Shown here piece by piece: positions 1-16,234 of a DNA stretch of 64,000 nt. Origin of the DNA: Adineta vaga (Eukaryota; Animalia; Rotifera). The notes under the pieces were generated by a model, which was given only the letters and a program-made list of their open reading frames with translations, had not been told where the DNA came from and ran no database searches. How positions within the stretch are numbered: position 1 is the first letter of the stretch; each line of letters starts with the position of its first letter. The stretch covers positions 4,588,001 through 4,652,000 of the forward strand of contig CP075492.1 in NCBI GenBank assembly GCA_021613535.1. The letters run 5' to 3'. The translations under genes were made by a program, and so were the position numbers.

Positions 1-764
1 TTGAATCACTTTCACCTACACATATCACTTCTGGTGTATACAAATTACCGTTAGTTCGACCGGTATGTAAATTATAAACCAATAAAATCACATAGACTAT
101 ACAAATATCAATGATATGACTATAAAATATTTCCAAGAAGTAGTTAAATCAGCAAAAACAATGGCAACTAGTGTAAGAAATATTGCTACCATTGGTTTGT
201 GGTAGAAGATCACCATCACGTATAGTTCTCTTCGAACTTTGGCCATTTTTAATAAAGATATCACATTGTTGTACGGCGTGATTGTATCTTGATGAATAAT
301 TGTCATTTACATTTGCTTGGATGGTCGCTATTATTGCATTACCTATTGCCACAACATCAGCTCTATTATATCTATTAATGCCAACATACATATATTTTGT
401 ACGTTTTTGATTTGATGGCATGACGCTACTGTTGTGATCAAGTCTTGGAAGAAGACCATTGTTTATGGAATAGTAACGACTGGCTTTTCCCAATCAGTGT
501 TTGTTTCGAACAGATAAGATGATACAGATATGAAAAATAAAACATCTTCTATAAAAAGTGTTGGTCTAACCTTCTGGCGAATCCTAGTCTAAGATATTCT
601 AAGTATTTTCAACTGCGTCAGTAGTAATGAATATTCATTAGATACGTATATCACATGATATTACTAATCGATTCTTTTTACTTAATAACTATGCAGAAGC
701 GATAGTTGAACAATGATATACAGCTTGAACATTATCAAAACTAATCAATAGCAGTCGATCGTAC

Positions 765-883
765 GCTTACGGCCATACCACGTTGAATACACCAGTTCTC
801 GTCCGATCACTGAAGTTAAGCAACGTCGGGCTCGGTTAGTACTTGGATGGGTGACCGCCTGGGAATACCGAGTGTCGTAAGCT
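765..883 (+). rRNA. 5S rRNA: 5S ribosomal RNA gene (single copy in window)
   Basis: 119-nt GCTTACGGCCATACCACGTTGAA...GAAGTTAAGCAACGTCGGGCTCGGTTAGTACTTGGATGGGTGACCGCCTGGGAATACCGAGTGTCGTAAGCT matches the metazoan 5S consensus; 5' and 3' ends are complementary (GCTTACGGC/GTCGTAAGC); box A and box C (GGATGGGTGACC) present. Confidence 0.97.
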
Positions 884-888
884 TTTTT
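883..888 (+). terminator. RNA polymerase III oligo-T terminator of the 5S gene
   Basis: T6 run directly after the 5S 3' end. Confidence 0.85.
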
Positions 889-1025
889 GTTTTGTATTTT
901 TTATTAAACTGATTTATAAGATCAAAGACTACTATGTTTATATTTATCATCAAATTTGATTTAATTGGTTCACATTTCTGCTTCTACTTCGAAGAAATAC
1001 AAAAAGAGAGAGAAGCGAAAGAGAT

Positions 1026-2780
1026 TTAATGCGTTCGATCATTACTCTTAGTGAATTTGTATAAAAAAATCGATCCAGTTAATATTGTAATTAAACCGAA
1101 AAAAAATGGACGACGATACTTTGTGAAAAGAAGAGATAATATCGAAGTATCTTTATTCTCATTTAATACTGGTGATTGTTGATGTAATTTGGCTTTCATT
1201 TCATTGACTTTCTTTTCAATACCTTCATTACGTTTTAAACGTTCTTGACGAAGACGAAGTGATGTTTCCGTATCATTTCTAAATACAATTCAATGAAAAA
1301 ATTAAATCAAATCAAAACAAATTTCTTCTTACATTGTTGGTGAACGATTATCAGCACGTTGTCGTAACTCATGATTGATGTCTTCAAGACTTTTGCTTAA
1401 TTTTGAATCATTTTCATTATCACTTTCACTTAATTCATCAAAATCACTTTCATCAAATGAACATTCACATTGTTCAAGTTCATTGAGTTCTTTCAAACCA
1501 GCGATAATAGCCATATATGAAAATCTAATTTCGCAAATTTTAAAGAGATATTCATTTAGGAAATATCTTTACCTAAGTTGTTCAGGTGTTTGAATAAGAC
1601 CGTGACGTTGTGTACGAATATGAGCGAGAACTTCAGTTAACGATATATCATTCAGATTATCTGTATTAGCTAACTAAAAGCAAAACGATGTCAAATTGAA
1701 ATAGAAATTTTTTGAATTTTTTACCATTTTCAAAATACTATCAACAAGAACAAATGTTCCAGATCGACCAATACCTGAATAGTAGACAAGCACATGTTTA
1801 TAAGAAGAAATGAAATTTGAAAATCATTATACCAGCACTACAATGAAGAATGGGTGCACCAAATCGAGGATCGAACGCACCACATTGACGAACATCACAT
1901 AATAATTGGAGAAATGGTTCAGGACTACTTGGTGCACCATGATCTGGCCATTCAAAATCTGACCAATGAATTATTGGACGGGTTTCTCCTGTCTAAATAA
2001 ACCAGAATATATTTCGATTCAAAAATCAATTGAAATTTTTCCTTACTAAAAGATTTGTTAATTCAAATTTTCGTTGTGTATAATATTCTTCTTGTTTTTC
2101 CGATACAAATGTCACTTTTAAATCCACAACATCATATGATAATTCACTGTCATTTTCATAATCTGGATAATAGAGGAAACATTTATCCTAAATCGTACGT
2201 ATATATATTCTATTTATCTATGTATGAAAAAAACGTCACCTACACAGTTCTTTTCAACTAAACGAGTTAACATAATAATTACACGACTATTTTGTTCCCA
2301 AACCATCTGCCAAAAATGTTCCGATGTCTTTGGAAGTGGACCCTAATGAATGGAAAATTTCTTCATTATTACTAGAATAAAATTAACGGTAATTTACTTG
2401 TGTAAGTATATATTTTCGATTGGCCCAAGGTACTTCAACAAAATTTGCATTGATATAATCATTGAAACCTCGCTGCAAACGAACACGAGTGTCATCATCT
2501 AGAAAAATGCAAGTTACTTACAAATTAGTTTATAAATTAATTCATTCTTACATGGTAAAACATCACGAAATCGATTCAATCCTCGATTTGTACTTAACAA
2601 GGCAATATCATGTTTCTTTTCTAATGTTCGAACACCATGATCATTTGCAAGTTTCTATCAAAAACAAAAGCAAATCAATTTATCATTTGAATCAAAGAAA
2701 AATTAGAAACAAACTCGAAACAATGTATTCCATTCTTGATCTTTTTCAATACGCTCAAATTCTTCTTCAATATGTGACAT
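1026..2780 (-). CDS. PTPN1: Non-receptor protein tyrosine phosphatase, PTP1B/TC-PTP-like, multi-exon, with C-terminal tail anchor
   Basis: Spliced translation gives N-term [38 protein letters not shown] (WPD loop), HCSAG/IGRSG active site split by an intron, [10 protein letters not shown]-loop, and a hydrophobic C-terminus [19 protein letters not shown]. Confidence 0.9.
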
Positions 2781-3893
2781 TTGTTTTTACAATATCTACA
2801 ATTCAAATAAAGAAACTTTAATCAATTCGTGTTAGTTTTAAAGAAGAATTCATCTTTCGTTTTGATCTTGAAAAAAAATGATAAACTTATGTCTCAAGAG
2901 TACTGATGACATATGATAGATACTACTACTACTACTACTACTAACAAAATAAAGAAAAGATTCGTAAGTTTCAACCTGTCCTTCACAAAAGATATGATAA
3001 TATTCAAATAATTGACAACTATTTCGTTATTAATTCATTCTTTTATAAGAAAATTAGATCGTCTTCAGAAGAACAACAGAAAAAAGATTCTTTATTTGTT
3101 AATATTTAGAGTTAATAAACATCGTTTATTTTTAATATAGGTTATATTTACATTCCTACCGGCAATTTATTTCATTCTAAACAAATAAAGAAACTATTTT
3201 TTTTGTCTGATACAAATTAAATTCTTACCATTCTTCAATAGTTCTTATCGATGTTATCAAAAGAAGATTTCTGAAAGAAAAACATTGTACTACAATGACT
3301 TATAATTTTTATTTGTCTCGTTCTTCCTTTTGTTTCAAATACACCTATACACACACATACACATACAAAGGTTCAGACAACAGAAAAAGAAACGAAAACA
3401 GAAGAAATAAGAGTATCATTTTTGTTTATATATATATATATATAAGTATGTGTATCTTTCAAAATAAACAACAACAAGAAAAAAAGAAAGAAAATGACGC
3501 GTTCACTGTATATAGAGAATAACGGATAAATATGTATAATATATATAAATATATGTATGCGAATAAACAATAGCCTGTCCTAATAATATACAATAAAACC
3601 AGAAAGAAAAGGAATCTTCTGTCTTTTAATGCTTATAGTTCTGCTCAACAATGTGTACTAGAAAAAGTATTTTTATCCATCCAAGTAAAAGAAGAGAATG
3701 TATATGTGTCAGAGATGATTTTTTTTCTTGTTTTCATAAAAAGAGACGAACAACAACGGACAAATAAAGAGAAAGAGAGAGCGAAAATAACAGACAACAT
3801 CGATGCATAAATACACAGATGCGTACGAGAGAGAGAGAAAAGAAAATCAATCGAAACTAATGCAGTTGGTTGAAATTGTCATCTAGAAGTGTT

Positions 3894-4923
<1,030 letters not shown>

Positions 4924-5285
4924 TAGTTATGTAAAATTGTCTTCACTTATTTTTGTAAATGAAAAGAAAACCGAGAAGAAAGAAATCTAGAAGAAGAAAT
5001 AAAGATTCTCTATACTTGATGAATCATGATTAGACTAAGAGATGAAACATCAGCTGCTGTTGTTACTGTACGAGACGTCACCATCTTGAATGTCGATGAT
5101 CGAGTGACTTCGAACAAATGGTAAATAATATATATGGTGTTGTTGTTATTGTTACTTTTTTTTACTAGTGACATCTATTGTTATAGAGGACTTAAAAAGA
5201 TTATCCATTGGAATTCTATTAACCAGCACAAACGAGAATTTCTTTTTTCGAATTCACTTTTCGTTTTTCTTTTTTTGGATTAGAA
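4924..5285. promoter_or_regulatory. Probable bidirectional promoter/5' region between head-to-head Rab2 and WDR3
   Basis: Start codons diverge 362 bp apart; a CRE-like GACGTCA lies near 5074 (weak evidence). Confidence 0.45.
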
Positions 5286-8200
5286 ATGGTTCTTACTAAA
5301 CAATACGATCGACATGCACCTGAGAAAATCTTTGGAATTATTGGAAGTGGAAATGCAACGAATATTGCTTTATTAGCATCAACAAATAAATCAACTTCAC
5401 GACGGGTATTCGTTCCCGCATGTGAAAATGTTCTTCTATGGGATCTTAAAACTCATGCATTGGTATAAAGCATTTAGATTCTGTTTATTTCTTTAAAAAT
5501 ATTCTTCTCTAGGTTAATTCGTTCGTTGATGAAACAACATCATCATCAACATTGAAAAAAAAAGTTCGTGAAGAAGCAATTGTTGTAGCTGCAAGTCCAA
5601 ATGGAAAACATTTAGCAGTTGGATATCAAAATGGAATGATAAAATTGTTTACAACCACAAAAAATGATACAACTGTGAACTTTCATGGACATAAATCGAC
5701 TGTTACAACATTAACATTTACACATGATTCAGCAACATTAATTTCTGGATCGAAAGTAAGATGAATACAGTTAATGAATAAGAACGAAACTTGATTTTAT
5801 TGATGCTTTTCTTTTTAGGATACAGATATTATTGCTTGGGATTTAGTTACCGAAGCTGGTCTGTATCGACTTCGTGGACATAAAGCACCGATTACAAAAG
5901 TTCTCATTATGAAGAATCAATCAATTCTTATCTCGAGGTAAACTTTCGGATGAAAGAAATGAATTTATATGTACTTCTCTGATTTGATTTAGTTCAAGAG
6001 ATATGACAATCAAATTCTGGGATATGAGTATTCAACATTGTTTTCATACGATTGTTACACATCGAACAGAGGTTTGTATTCTTAATGTGAATCAAATTAT
6101 TTAGTTTTGCAATCTATCTAGGTGTGGAGTATTGCTTTAGCTTACGATCGATATTTAATTACTGGTTGTTCAGATAATGAATTACGATTTTATGCTTTAA
6201 GACCAACAACAACAACGGTATAGAGTTTGTTTCCATTGATCCAAAGAGAGTTTACAATCTTTGTATAGGATGAAGATGATGCTTTAATGTTTCCTTCAAT
6301 GACTATTGAAGTGACAAATGAAGATCAGGTAAAGAACTTTTCATACTTAGAACTGATCGATGTATATTGTTCTGATATCATTTAAAAATCTATTTTTTTT
6401 ATATTTTCTTCAGGTACCAATTCATGTTCAATCTCTTGGTTCTATAGTTCGCAAAAGTAAACAGCGAGTATCCAATTTACATGTTGATCAAGACGATCGT
6501 GTACTTGCTTGTCATGTATGTATCTAATTCATCCTCCTATTTTAATCTATTTTCTTTTTCTATCATCTTTGTAACAGGGCGTGGAATCATTTGGTGAATT
6601 TTTTCGTATTTCAACTATTGATGAAATTCGTACACGTCTTCGTAAACGTTTATCAAAAGCACGAAAACGAAAAGAAAATGGTGATGAAAAAAGGTAAGTT
6701 CCCTTTTTTTCTTGGACTTCAGTTTGATTTTGTTTTTCTCTCTAGTGAAGAAGAAATTAAAATCGATTGGGATCTCTCATTAATCTTCACATCATTATGT
6801 GAAATCAAATTTGATGGAAAAGTTCGTGCTATGGATATGTTTATGGAAAATAATCAAACATGCAAAGTAATAATAGAAAATTATTCCAGCAAATATTTGT
6901 AATAGTTCATTTAGATTGTTGCATTGACCTTGAATAATAAATTGGATTTACATTTATTGAATCTTCAAGATAAAACGATGGAACAATTACCATCGATTGA
7001 AAAAGCTGCACATCGAACTGAAGTACGATGTTTAGCATTCAGTTCAGATGATATGTTAATTGCTTCAGGAAGTGGAGAATCATTGAAAATTTGGAATCGG
7101 TTTGTTTGAAATGAAGAAAATTTGATTAATAAAAAGAAAATTCTATTTAGACATAGTTGTGAATCAATACGAACGATTCCTTGTGCTTATGCACTTTGCT
7201 GTATGTTTTTGCCAGGTGATCATTTAGTGTTAATTGGATGTAAAGTAAGATATGAACGAAGAGAAAAATGTTCATTTCTTTTTGTTGACTTTTAGAATGG
7301 TTCACTTCAAATCGCATCGTTAGATTCAGCATCAATTGTAGAAACAGTTCAGGGACATGAAGAAAATCAATCCGTGTGGACGATGTGTATGACACCGGAT
7401 AAAGTAAGAAATGAGGAATGTATGTGTTTTATTAGAAAGTTTTTTTCTTTTATTTAGCAATCATTTTTGACTGGTGGAAGTGATAAGAAAATTCAGTTTT
7501 GGAATTTAGAATTGAAAGATGAAAAAGATAGTCAAACGAAAAAAGTAAAATATGAATAGAGAATTTGAAGAAAATTAATTAGGAAAAAAACTTAAAATTT
7601 AGATAAGAAAACGTTTGTCATTCGAACATAAACGTTCATTTGATGTTGGTGAAGATGTTTTAGCAATTAAAATCTCGTAAATGAAACTCTCATTCTTTCT
7701 ATAAAAGTCCTCCTATGTTCGATTTCTTTAGTCCAAACAATCGTTATTTTGTTGCTGCATTAATGGATACAACTGTCAAAGTATTCTTCATGGATTCATG
7801 TCAAGTAAATCAATGAAAAAATCCTTAAACTAAATTGAATCTTTCTCTTTTAGATGTTTCTTTCTTTATATGGACATTCTCAACCTGTTCTTTGTCTTGA
7901 TATATCATTCGATAATCGTTTAGTTGTAACTGGTTCCAGTGATCGTAATATCAAAATTTGGGGTTTAGATTTCGGTGATTGTCATCGATCATTATTTGCA
8001 CATGATGATACAATAACAGCTGTACAATTTGTACCTAAAACACATCTGTTTTTCTCAACGAGTAAAGATAACAAATTGAAATATTGGGATGGTGATAAAT
8101 TCTTACATATTCAAACATTAGATGTTCGGATTTGTTTTTAAATCTTAAGTTTTCTTGTAAAGTTTAGTATTTGTAGGGTCATTGTGGAGAAATTCGATGT

Positions 8201-9335
8201 ATGTCAATGACAAATAATGGAATGCATATTGTTACTGCTGCACATGATCGATCCATTCGTTTATGGGAAAGAACAGAAGAACCATTGATACTTGACGAAG
8301 AGAAAGAGCAGGTTAGAGTAAATTAACTGAATGTAAATCGTTTTGATATTATATTTTGTAGGAACGTGAAGCTCAATTTGAAAATGAAATGGAAAATGAT
8401 GAATTTATCTTACCAGGTGAAACAAATAAAGAAATTGGTTTAGCTGCTTTAAAAACAATTGAAAGTCTCAAAGGTGTACGTACTTCTCATCGTATTTCAT
8501 TATATATTCTCATGATTTTTCCCTAGGCTGAAAGTATTATCGAAGCACTTGATATCTGGCGTGAGGAAAAATTGAAACTTGCTGAACATGAAATAACTCA
8601 AAAATCATTAGGAAAAGAAGTAAATCACTGAATTTCTTGAACAGATTTGATTCAAAAAATTTTCATTAAGGTTCCATTACCACCACCTCATATCATGTTA
8701 CAAGCATTAGGACATGGTTACACAGCTGAACGTTTAGTTCTTGAATCCTTACGAAAAATATCTGCAAGGTATTTTCAATATATTTTTCATCTTTTGAAAG
8801 CACACACATCTTCTTTTTTCAAGTGATATGGAAGCAGCACTTCTTCTACTTCCATTTGATTATGTTCAAAAATTATTATCATTACTTGTCCATTATCTCG
8901 ATCGATTTCAATCACCGGAACTATGTGTTAAATGTGCCGTATTCTTAATGAAGTACATATATGTTTAAGAAAAAACAAACTCGAATCTTTATTTGATTTT
9001 TATTAGAATTCATCATGGAGTATTGACGTCATCTCATCAATATTTAAATATTGTTGAACAATTACGAACACGTTGTATGGAAACAGTTGAAATCTTACGA
9101 GTAAATATTTGGCAACATGAAACCGAATTATGATTGTTTGTTTTTTTAGAATAATGTTGGATTTAATTTAGCAGGTTTAAAATTAATTCGTCGACAAATT
9201 GAAGAACAAAATGATGTTATTCTTTTTGCTGATGCAACACAAAAATTATCCTCAGATGGAGGAAAGAAAAGAAAAAAGAATAAAGGAGGATCTGCTGCTA
9301 TATTGACTATCAAAGGAACATCAGCACTTGTTTGA
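5286..9335 (+). CDS. WDR3: WD repeat protein 3 (Utp12/Dip2), SSU processome, many exons
   Basis: N-term [21 protein letters not shown]; WD repeats [50 protein letters not shown]; Utp12 C-domain LLLLPFDYV and [11 protein letters not shown]. Confidence 0.93.
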
Positions 9336-9509
9336 TGTTTTTTGTTATTGTTGTTTTGAATAAAATCGATTGAAAAATATGTTGAAATGACTTCGATTAA
9401 ATATGAATACAGATTTTTTTGTTTCGAAATTTCTGAGACGTTTACATATTAAAATAAAAGTTTATACATCAAGAGATTAAAATAGAATCCGTGAAGAAAA
9501 CGAAAAACT

Positions 9510-12500
9510 TCATTGATTTTCTGTTTCACGTCGTCGTCGAACAAAATCCATGGCTATTTTATCATTAATTCTTTGTTCTAAAATTTCAATAATACGACTT
9601 CGAAAAGCTAAAATAAACAGTAGAATGAAATATCGTAAGACTTCTCTGCAAATTTAATACCTTTCGGATGTGTTAATGCAAGTTCAATTTGTTTTAATTC
9701 ATCTATGACTCGATTATCATGATTAAGACCTGTGATTTTGGATATTTCAAGAAATGCTTCACCTTCAAAATCATTCGACCACATTAAATCATGATCCATA
9801 ACAATAAAATGAACGATACCACCTGCTTGATTACATTCTTTTTCAGTTAATCGACTGAAAGAACACGAAGAAGTTTAAGATCAGAAGAGATTCAACGAAC
9901 TTACAATTCAAATTTTTCATTAAATTGCGGATTTAATGTTTTTTTAATAACTGATGTTTGTTGTTTTTCAAAATGAGGATATAAAAATGTTGGACTGATT
10001 TGAATTTCAACATATGGATCACTAAAATACATATTTATTTGTTATGTAAAATAATCCTCAATATTAAAATCAAAATATACCTTAATCCATTTGAATCGCA
10101 TGGTTTAAGATTTTTACATGAAATAACTATAAAATAATGAAATGTTTGACAATTTGAATGATAAAATATACATACTTTCAATATATAGAGTTGCTTCTTT
10201 TGAATGATAATAAGCTCGACAATAGAGTTTACCTAAATCAGATTGATTTGAATTATTAGCTCGTTCTTGTTCGTGTAATTTTTCCTTTGAAATAGATTTA
10301 TTCATTAAATCAACATGAAAATGAATTGTTTTACTTGATAATACATTTTAATCAAAGATTGCGTATCATTTGATTGATATTTCAATAGTTTTTTCACTAA
10401 CTAAATGAAAGTTGTCAATATGATATTAGATACAATAATTGAGATAATTTTACTCGATATTTATCAGTTTTAAGACTATCTTTCGATAAACATTGATCAT
10501 CATTAGTAAAATATCCAATCAAAAGATCAAGAGTTTTCAATAAACGATTGTACGATATTACTGATCTCTATAGAACAAACAAAAAATTCTTTTATCAGAT
10601 TAAATTTTCAAATATCAAATTCACTTACAGGAGAAGTATTATGTTCAACTTCCGATAAAATTTGATCCATCAATACAGCCCATATCAATTCTAATAGTCT
10701 AAATCAAAAGAAAAATTCGATTTAATCGTATAAATCTACACTTTTTGAACTATTCATTAATTCATATATTTTTCAAGTAATTGTAAACAAACTACTCGAA
10801 AGAACATTTACACTTAAAAAAAATTAGTCCTCGCGAGTTTTCTTTGACTTCAATCGTCGTTTTACCTGATAAGATTTTGTCTGATTAATAAACCTTGATA
10901 AGGAATTAATTGATTATTAAGAAAGTTCAATAATGGTTGAACAGTTTCTTGAACATCGCTTGCATCTGGAGCTTCGACAATATGAAATAAATATTGTTTT
11001 AATTCCATTTCCATATTTGTAATAACTTTACTTAAAATTTGATAAATACGATCAATAATATCTTGACTACAACTGGCAACTGTAGTTTCGATTCTTTTTC
11101 GATATTCATCAACAACGGCAATTGTTTGAAATTTTTCAGCAGCAACTAATAATTTATCATAGGATAATTCAATAGGTGATGCTTTAAATGATTCTCGAAC
11201 ACGTTCAATATTATTTACAGTAAATGAAAGCTAAACGAATAGATCGTATGAAATAAAATTTCATTATCAACATCAAATCTTCAATCTTACTTCTTGTGTA
11301 TAGAAAGTTAAATCATTTGTATCATAGAATTTCTTTGCATTTAATTTTTCTTCACTTAATGTTGCATAAAGACGAGTTGCACTAGCCATATCTTCGGTTA
11401 TTTTTATTAAAAATAAGATTGAACTAATTATATCCGGCCAAGCTAAAATCATCGAGAAAAAAAACAATCAAATACAAATGATTTTTTTAACAAAAATTTT
11501 AACCTAATCGTTTCCAAAATTGTGTCATTTGTTGAAAACAAGTGGAAATATCCAATGCTGATGATGTGAATTTATTATTTGTTGATGTATCAGCTTTATC
11601 TTTATCAAGTACATATTCAATACGATGAAGAAGTTTATTTCGTGCAACCGATAACCATTTTTTAGTAGCAATACCAAAATAGCTATAATATTGATTGATT
11701 CGTAAATTTGATCGATGACTGGAGAAGAGAAGAAAAAAAACTTCGATTCTATTAGGAATAAAATGAATTCTTTTCACATACGTTTCATTAACATAAATCT
11801 TGTATTTAGCAAGTTCATTCAATGATAAATAGAGTTCAAATAAACATAGACTTGTTTGTTCAGCTGAAGATGCAAAAGCAGCAATATCAGCTGAATCAGG
11901 TTCATTATTTTCTAATAATTTCATTGGAGATTGATAGATTTGTTCACCGAGCTAAACAATTATACCATTGATCATTATTTTTTAGAAGAAAAATAAGAGG
12001 ATCAACTTACTTCTTCTTCGAGTGCTTTAGTAACGATATCCATAAGCTAAAAATAAGATATTGGTGAAAGAATAAGCGAACAAATCATCATAGAACTGTC
12101 AAAAAACAATTGAGATCATATATATTTCTCAAAGGAATAGACGTTCAATACGTCATTCATCTTTGCCTGAAAAATGAATAACTTATTCCACCGTCATTAT
12201 TATGCATGTCGAACTCTCACTAATGAGATATTATTATGTTAAAACGCAAGTAGAGAACATACTTTGCCATCTATTTTCTTGAACGATATATGATAAAAAG
12301 CCAATTTTACTGTCCTAAAAGTTCACATGAAACTACTAATAATTGAATACAACCAATTAACTTACATTTCAAATATTGGATTATAATATTTAACAGCTGA
12401 ATGAGCTAAAATAAGCAATTGAAAATTTATGCATGTACTCATTGATACACATTTCATAGCAAGAAGAATTGTTAATAGGAGAGAAAAAGTATTTGGACTC

Positions 12501-15302
12501 AAGAGAATAGGAATATGTATTAATTAATTTCAAATCTTATTACATCTCAGTGAGCTCATAAAAAGTCATTGTCAAAAACAGTTAGCCATTACACTTGATT
12601 TCTTTCTCATTTCCTTTATTAATGGTTAAGTGCAAATTATTTTCACATCAAATTCTTCATCAAAACTGATCTTTTTTCTTTCTTTTTCTTACTTACCATC
12701 CGCGATAAGTATGTAAACTAATTCACTTGTACTACGTAGAACATCTTCATCAGACTAAATAGAAGAAAATGATTAACGAGAAGAATTTATTTTTTCGAAA
12801 TACAAACTCGTAATCTTGGTTTTGTTATTTCTGTGATCATTCGCTCGAACCATTCGATCGTTCCAGCTTTAATAATTAGAGATAATTCATGCTGAAGACT
12901 ATTTTGAAATGGACAACAATAATGAAATACTTCCATACTATGTAATTTAGCAACAATCCTATGAATTCCATTGATGAAAAACAAAAACGACATGAAGAAA
13001 TTAATGAAAACTTACGTTAAAAGTTGTTCAAGTCGTTCCATTGCCAGTCGATTTGCTGCTGGAAAAAGCTCTCGAATTTTAGCTATTTGTTTAAAACAAT
13101 GATTGACAAATAATGTAAATGCTTCTCTTAACATATCGCTTTCATCACGACTTAATGATGTTGGTTGCCAAGTTTTTTCTAATTGTTCAGTAACAGATAA
13201 TACTAATTTATGTGTTAGTGTACGTTCCAAATGTTTTTTCGAATATGCAATCCATCGACACATTTTTCGTTGAATATCTGTTACATCACCTTGAATTGCA
13301 TGTTGATGTAAAATTGTTTCTGCATCACGAGATAATTCACCTGTCCAATCGGTTGTTGCGCCCTAAAAAGAAAGCATTAATGATTTCCTAAAGATAAAAT
13401 TCCAATTTCATGGAAACAAAAGTAAGTGTATGTTAATATTCTAGGTGGTCGATCAACTATACCCATGACAGTATTGATTCGATAGTATATAATCTCATGA
13501 GTATTCGATATAATTTAGATCAGTCATGTAACATCATCGATCTTCGTACGATAGAGTGGAAACTTACAAAACCTATAACTATAATTATAAAGAACATTGC
13601 TCGCATGTTCTTTACTTATCAACGACACCCTTTCGCAATCGTACTGACAATAAAATTGCAATAATATATATCTGTCAAAATTCGATTGCATCTTGACATA
13701 TTTTAATGATGTAGGAAAAGAAAAAGAAAAAGGATCAAACCTTGAATGTATTGAGCTCATGATCGATAAAAATTTGTAAGAGTTCAACATGTTGTTTAAT
13801 ATCTGTCCAATTATCTTCTTCTGATATTCCTCGATCTTCACGTGTAGCTAAATTAGCTCGAATATGAATTTGACCGCGAACTTTCGAATTTTCACTTCGA
13901 CCTTCTAAGGAAAACCATTTATCTATACCTGTCGATGGAATTTCCTATTGAAACGACACACGACATTTTATACATATTAAAAAAAAGATTCTTATCATTA
14001 ACATACACTAATTTTGATATTGACTGAACCTAAGAAATCATCAACACGTGATCCATCACTGGAATTGGTTCGTGCTGATTGAGCAATTTGTTTAAAATAT
14101 CTATTTAATCCTTTGAATCCTTGTACTTGATTTAGTTTTCTTGCGGCTTCAAAAACAGAGAATTCATCATCATGATCCCAAATATCCAAATGTATGGTTT
14201 CCGTTTTACTACTTTCAATATTACTTCGAAGAAAGAATATTCTTCACTTGTAGAAAAGAAATAAATCAATTATAGAGACTTACAAACGAAATTTTTCCAT
14301 CCATATTGGATTTAATGTAGCTTTTTTTACATCAGTTGTTTGAATATATTTCACGGGTAGTTTATCTCGAAGACCACTACTAGCAGGTGAACCTGAACTC
14401 GTTGTCGAAACATTCTTTTCTCGGCCTTGAGAACGACGAATAGTTGATTTACGAAAACTTTTCAAACGTTTCATAAAACCAAGTTTACTATCACTCGAAT
14501 TTTCTTCGTCCGATGATGCACCACCAGCACCACTGGTTTGACGAGATAAAGAAAAATGATGAATTTCCGGTACAATACCCAACATACAATACGGATCGGA
14601 AAAGCCTAAATATTGTTAAATGTAGAATAAACATTTAAAATAATTATTTTTACCATTTGCATCTTTAGCTTCCAAATCTTTTGCCTCAACAATTTCAATA
14701 TTTAAGATTAAAATAGGTGGCTGAAGAAAAAAATATAAAAAGTCAGGAATTTTTCTAAGAAATAATATGTTTTCTGTAACCTTTTCTTCACTGGCTCTTG
14801 CTAATAAACGTCGATGTTCTTCTGGTGATAGACCAAATGCTTCTTGAGCATAAGCATAGAGATCATTTTCTCCTTCACTATGTTTCGATATTGTTGTACC
14901 AATTTTATGTTTTATTGTATAAAGTGTTTCAATATAGAGTAATTCATATTCTCTCGATGTTATACCTTCAGGTTTTTCACCAAAAGTGATTCGATATTCC
15001 GGTGGTATTTTATCATTTTCAATTTCTTCCTTGAAAAAGAAAAATAAACAACTTAACTTTCAATCATTTCCAATATTTTACATCTTTTTTTATTTTTTGT
15101 CGACGTTGTTCATGTTTTTGAGCCACATTGTCGAAGCTTTCAAGAAAAGAATTGGCATGTTCAGGATCAAATCTAATAGAAAAGTTTGAAAAAAAAAGAA
15201 ATTAGATTTGAATGAAAAATAAAGAAATCTTTCATCTTTGAATTGCTACCGTTTTGATAATATTGCTGAAAATTTCGATTCTTGTTGCGCTGATGAATTC
15301 AT
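9510..15302 (-). CDS. BAIAP3: BAIAP3/Munc13-4 (Unc13D-type) C2-MUN-C2 vesicle priming protein, multi-exon; proximal first exon used for the coordinates
   Basis: [15 protein letters not shown]; C2[38 protein letters not shown]; MUN region [15 protein letters not shown]; C2[31 protein letters not shown]. Confidence 0.85.
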
Positions 15303-16085
15303 TCTTCACACATGAAGTAAATATTATGGTTCTTGATTACTCTACTGCTATCACACGTCAAAGGAGAGTATAAAAAAGGCAACAGAGAAAAAAATAGAAT
15401 TTCCGTGTTCCTTTTTTTCTCTCATTCTTTCTCATTACTCAATGTGCTACTGCTTATTGCATGCTATATGTAAAAAGAGAAGAAAAAAGAGGAAGAAAGA
15501 AAAATGTCGACAAATACAAGACGCTCCTACTGGATCCTATGAATAGAAGAGAAAGAAAATGAATATTTCTAGGACTAAGATCTTTGTCAATTGAGGATAA
15601 ACCTTTGGGAATTAATAGTTATTCATGAAATTTAATCATAAAAAAAAAGATGAAATATACATCTATTGTAATCAACACAATGACAATAAAACATAAAACG
15701 CCAACAATTATTTGTTTTCACTCGATAAATCGCTTCGTTACACATACACAATAAAGCTTTCAAGTGCCTGACTGTTAAAAAAGCATATCGCAATTATCTG
15801 CACAGCTCAGAAATAACTCTGTTTTTTTTTCATATTGGGACTATGTGTTTTCAATGGTCTCTAGACTTCTTTCGCTTCTTTTAATCTAGGGACAATGACT
15901 ATCTTTCCCGTTTAGAAGGAAATGAATAATGTATTACTTTCCCTTATAAACTATTGTGGTGAGAAAAAAAGTGATACATTCTCTTTTCTTTTGGTATGTG
16001 CAATAAGTTATTCTTTCTTTGTAACTTTAATAGATTTTCAAGAATCATTGAAGAAAAATAGACAGAGACAAAACGGTAATCAAAC

Positions 16086-16234
16086 CTGTTTAGATAAGTA
16101 GGCATCGTTGATGAATAATACTGAAGTTGTTGTTGTTGTTGATTTTTATCAATAGATTCGCGAATGGATCTTGTTAGTATACGTGTATTTCTCGTCTGAC
16201 TATTACTACTCATTACGTATTCTCTAGCTTGCAT
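16086..16234 (-). CDS. Candidate alternative first coding exon B of the Munc13-4/BAIAP3 gene
   Basis: ATG...49 codons + AG, then GTTTG donor; phase 2 fits the common exon starting A|TTT GAT CCT at ~15173. Confidence 0.5.

Noticed and set aside
1-600. Short minus-strand ORFs (97-306, 149-493) with coding-like composition
   Set aside because: Could not be spliced into a consistent gene or matched to a family; possibly a decayed gene truncated by the window edge
12050-12700. Possible duplicated or alternative exons in the Munc13-4 MUN region
   Set aside because: Small exons there splice consecutively in frame, and no paralogous pair was seen
13560-13590. Possible micro-exon in a long Munc13-4 intron (TAG...GTAAGT)
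   Set aside because: Candidate lengths of 5 or 11 nt break the phase-0/phase-0 frame
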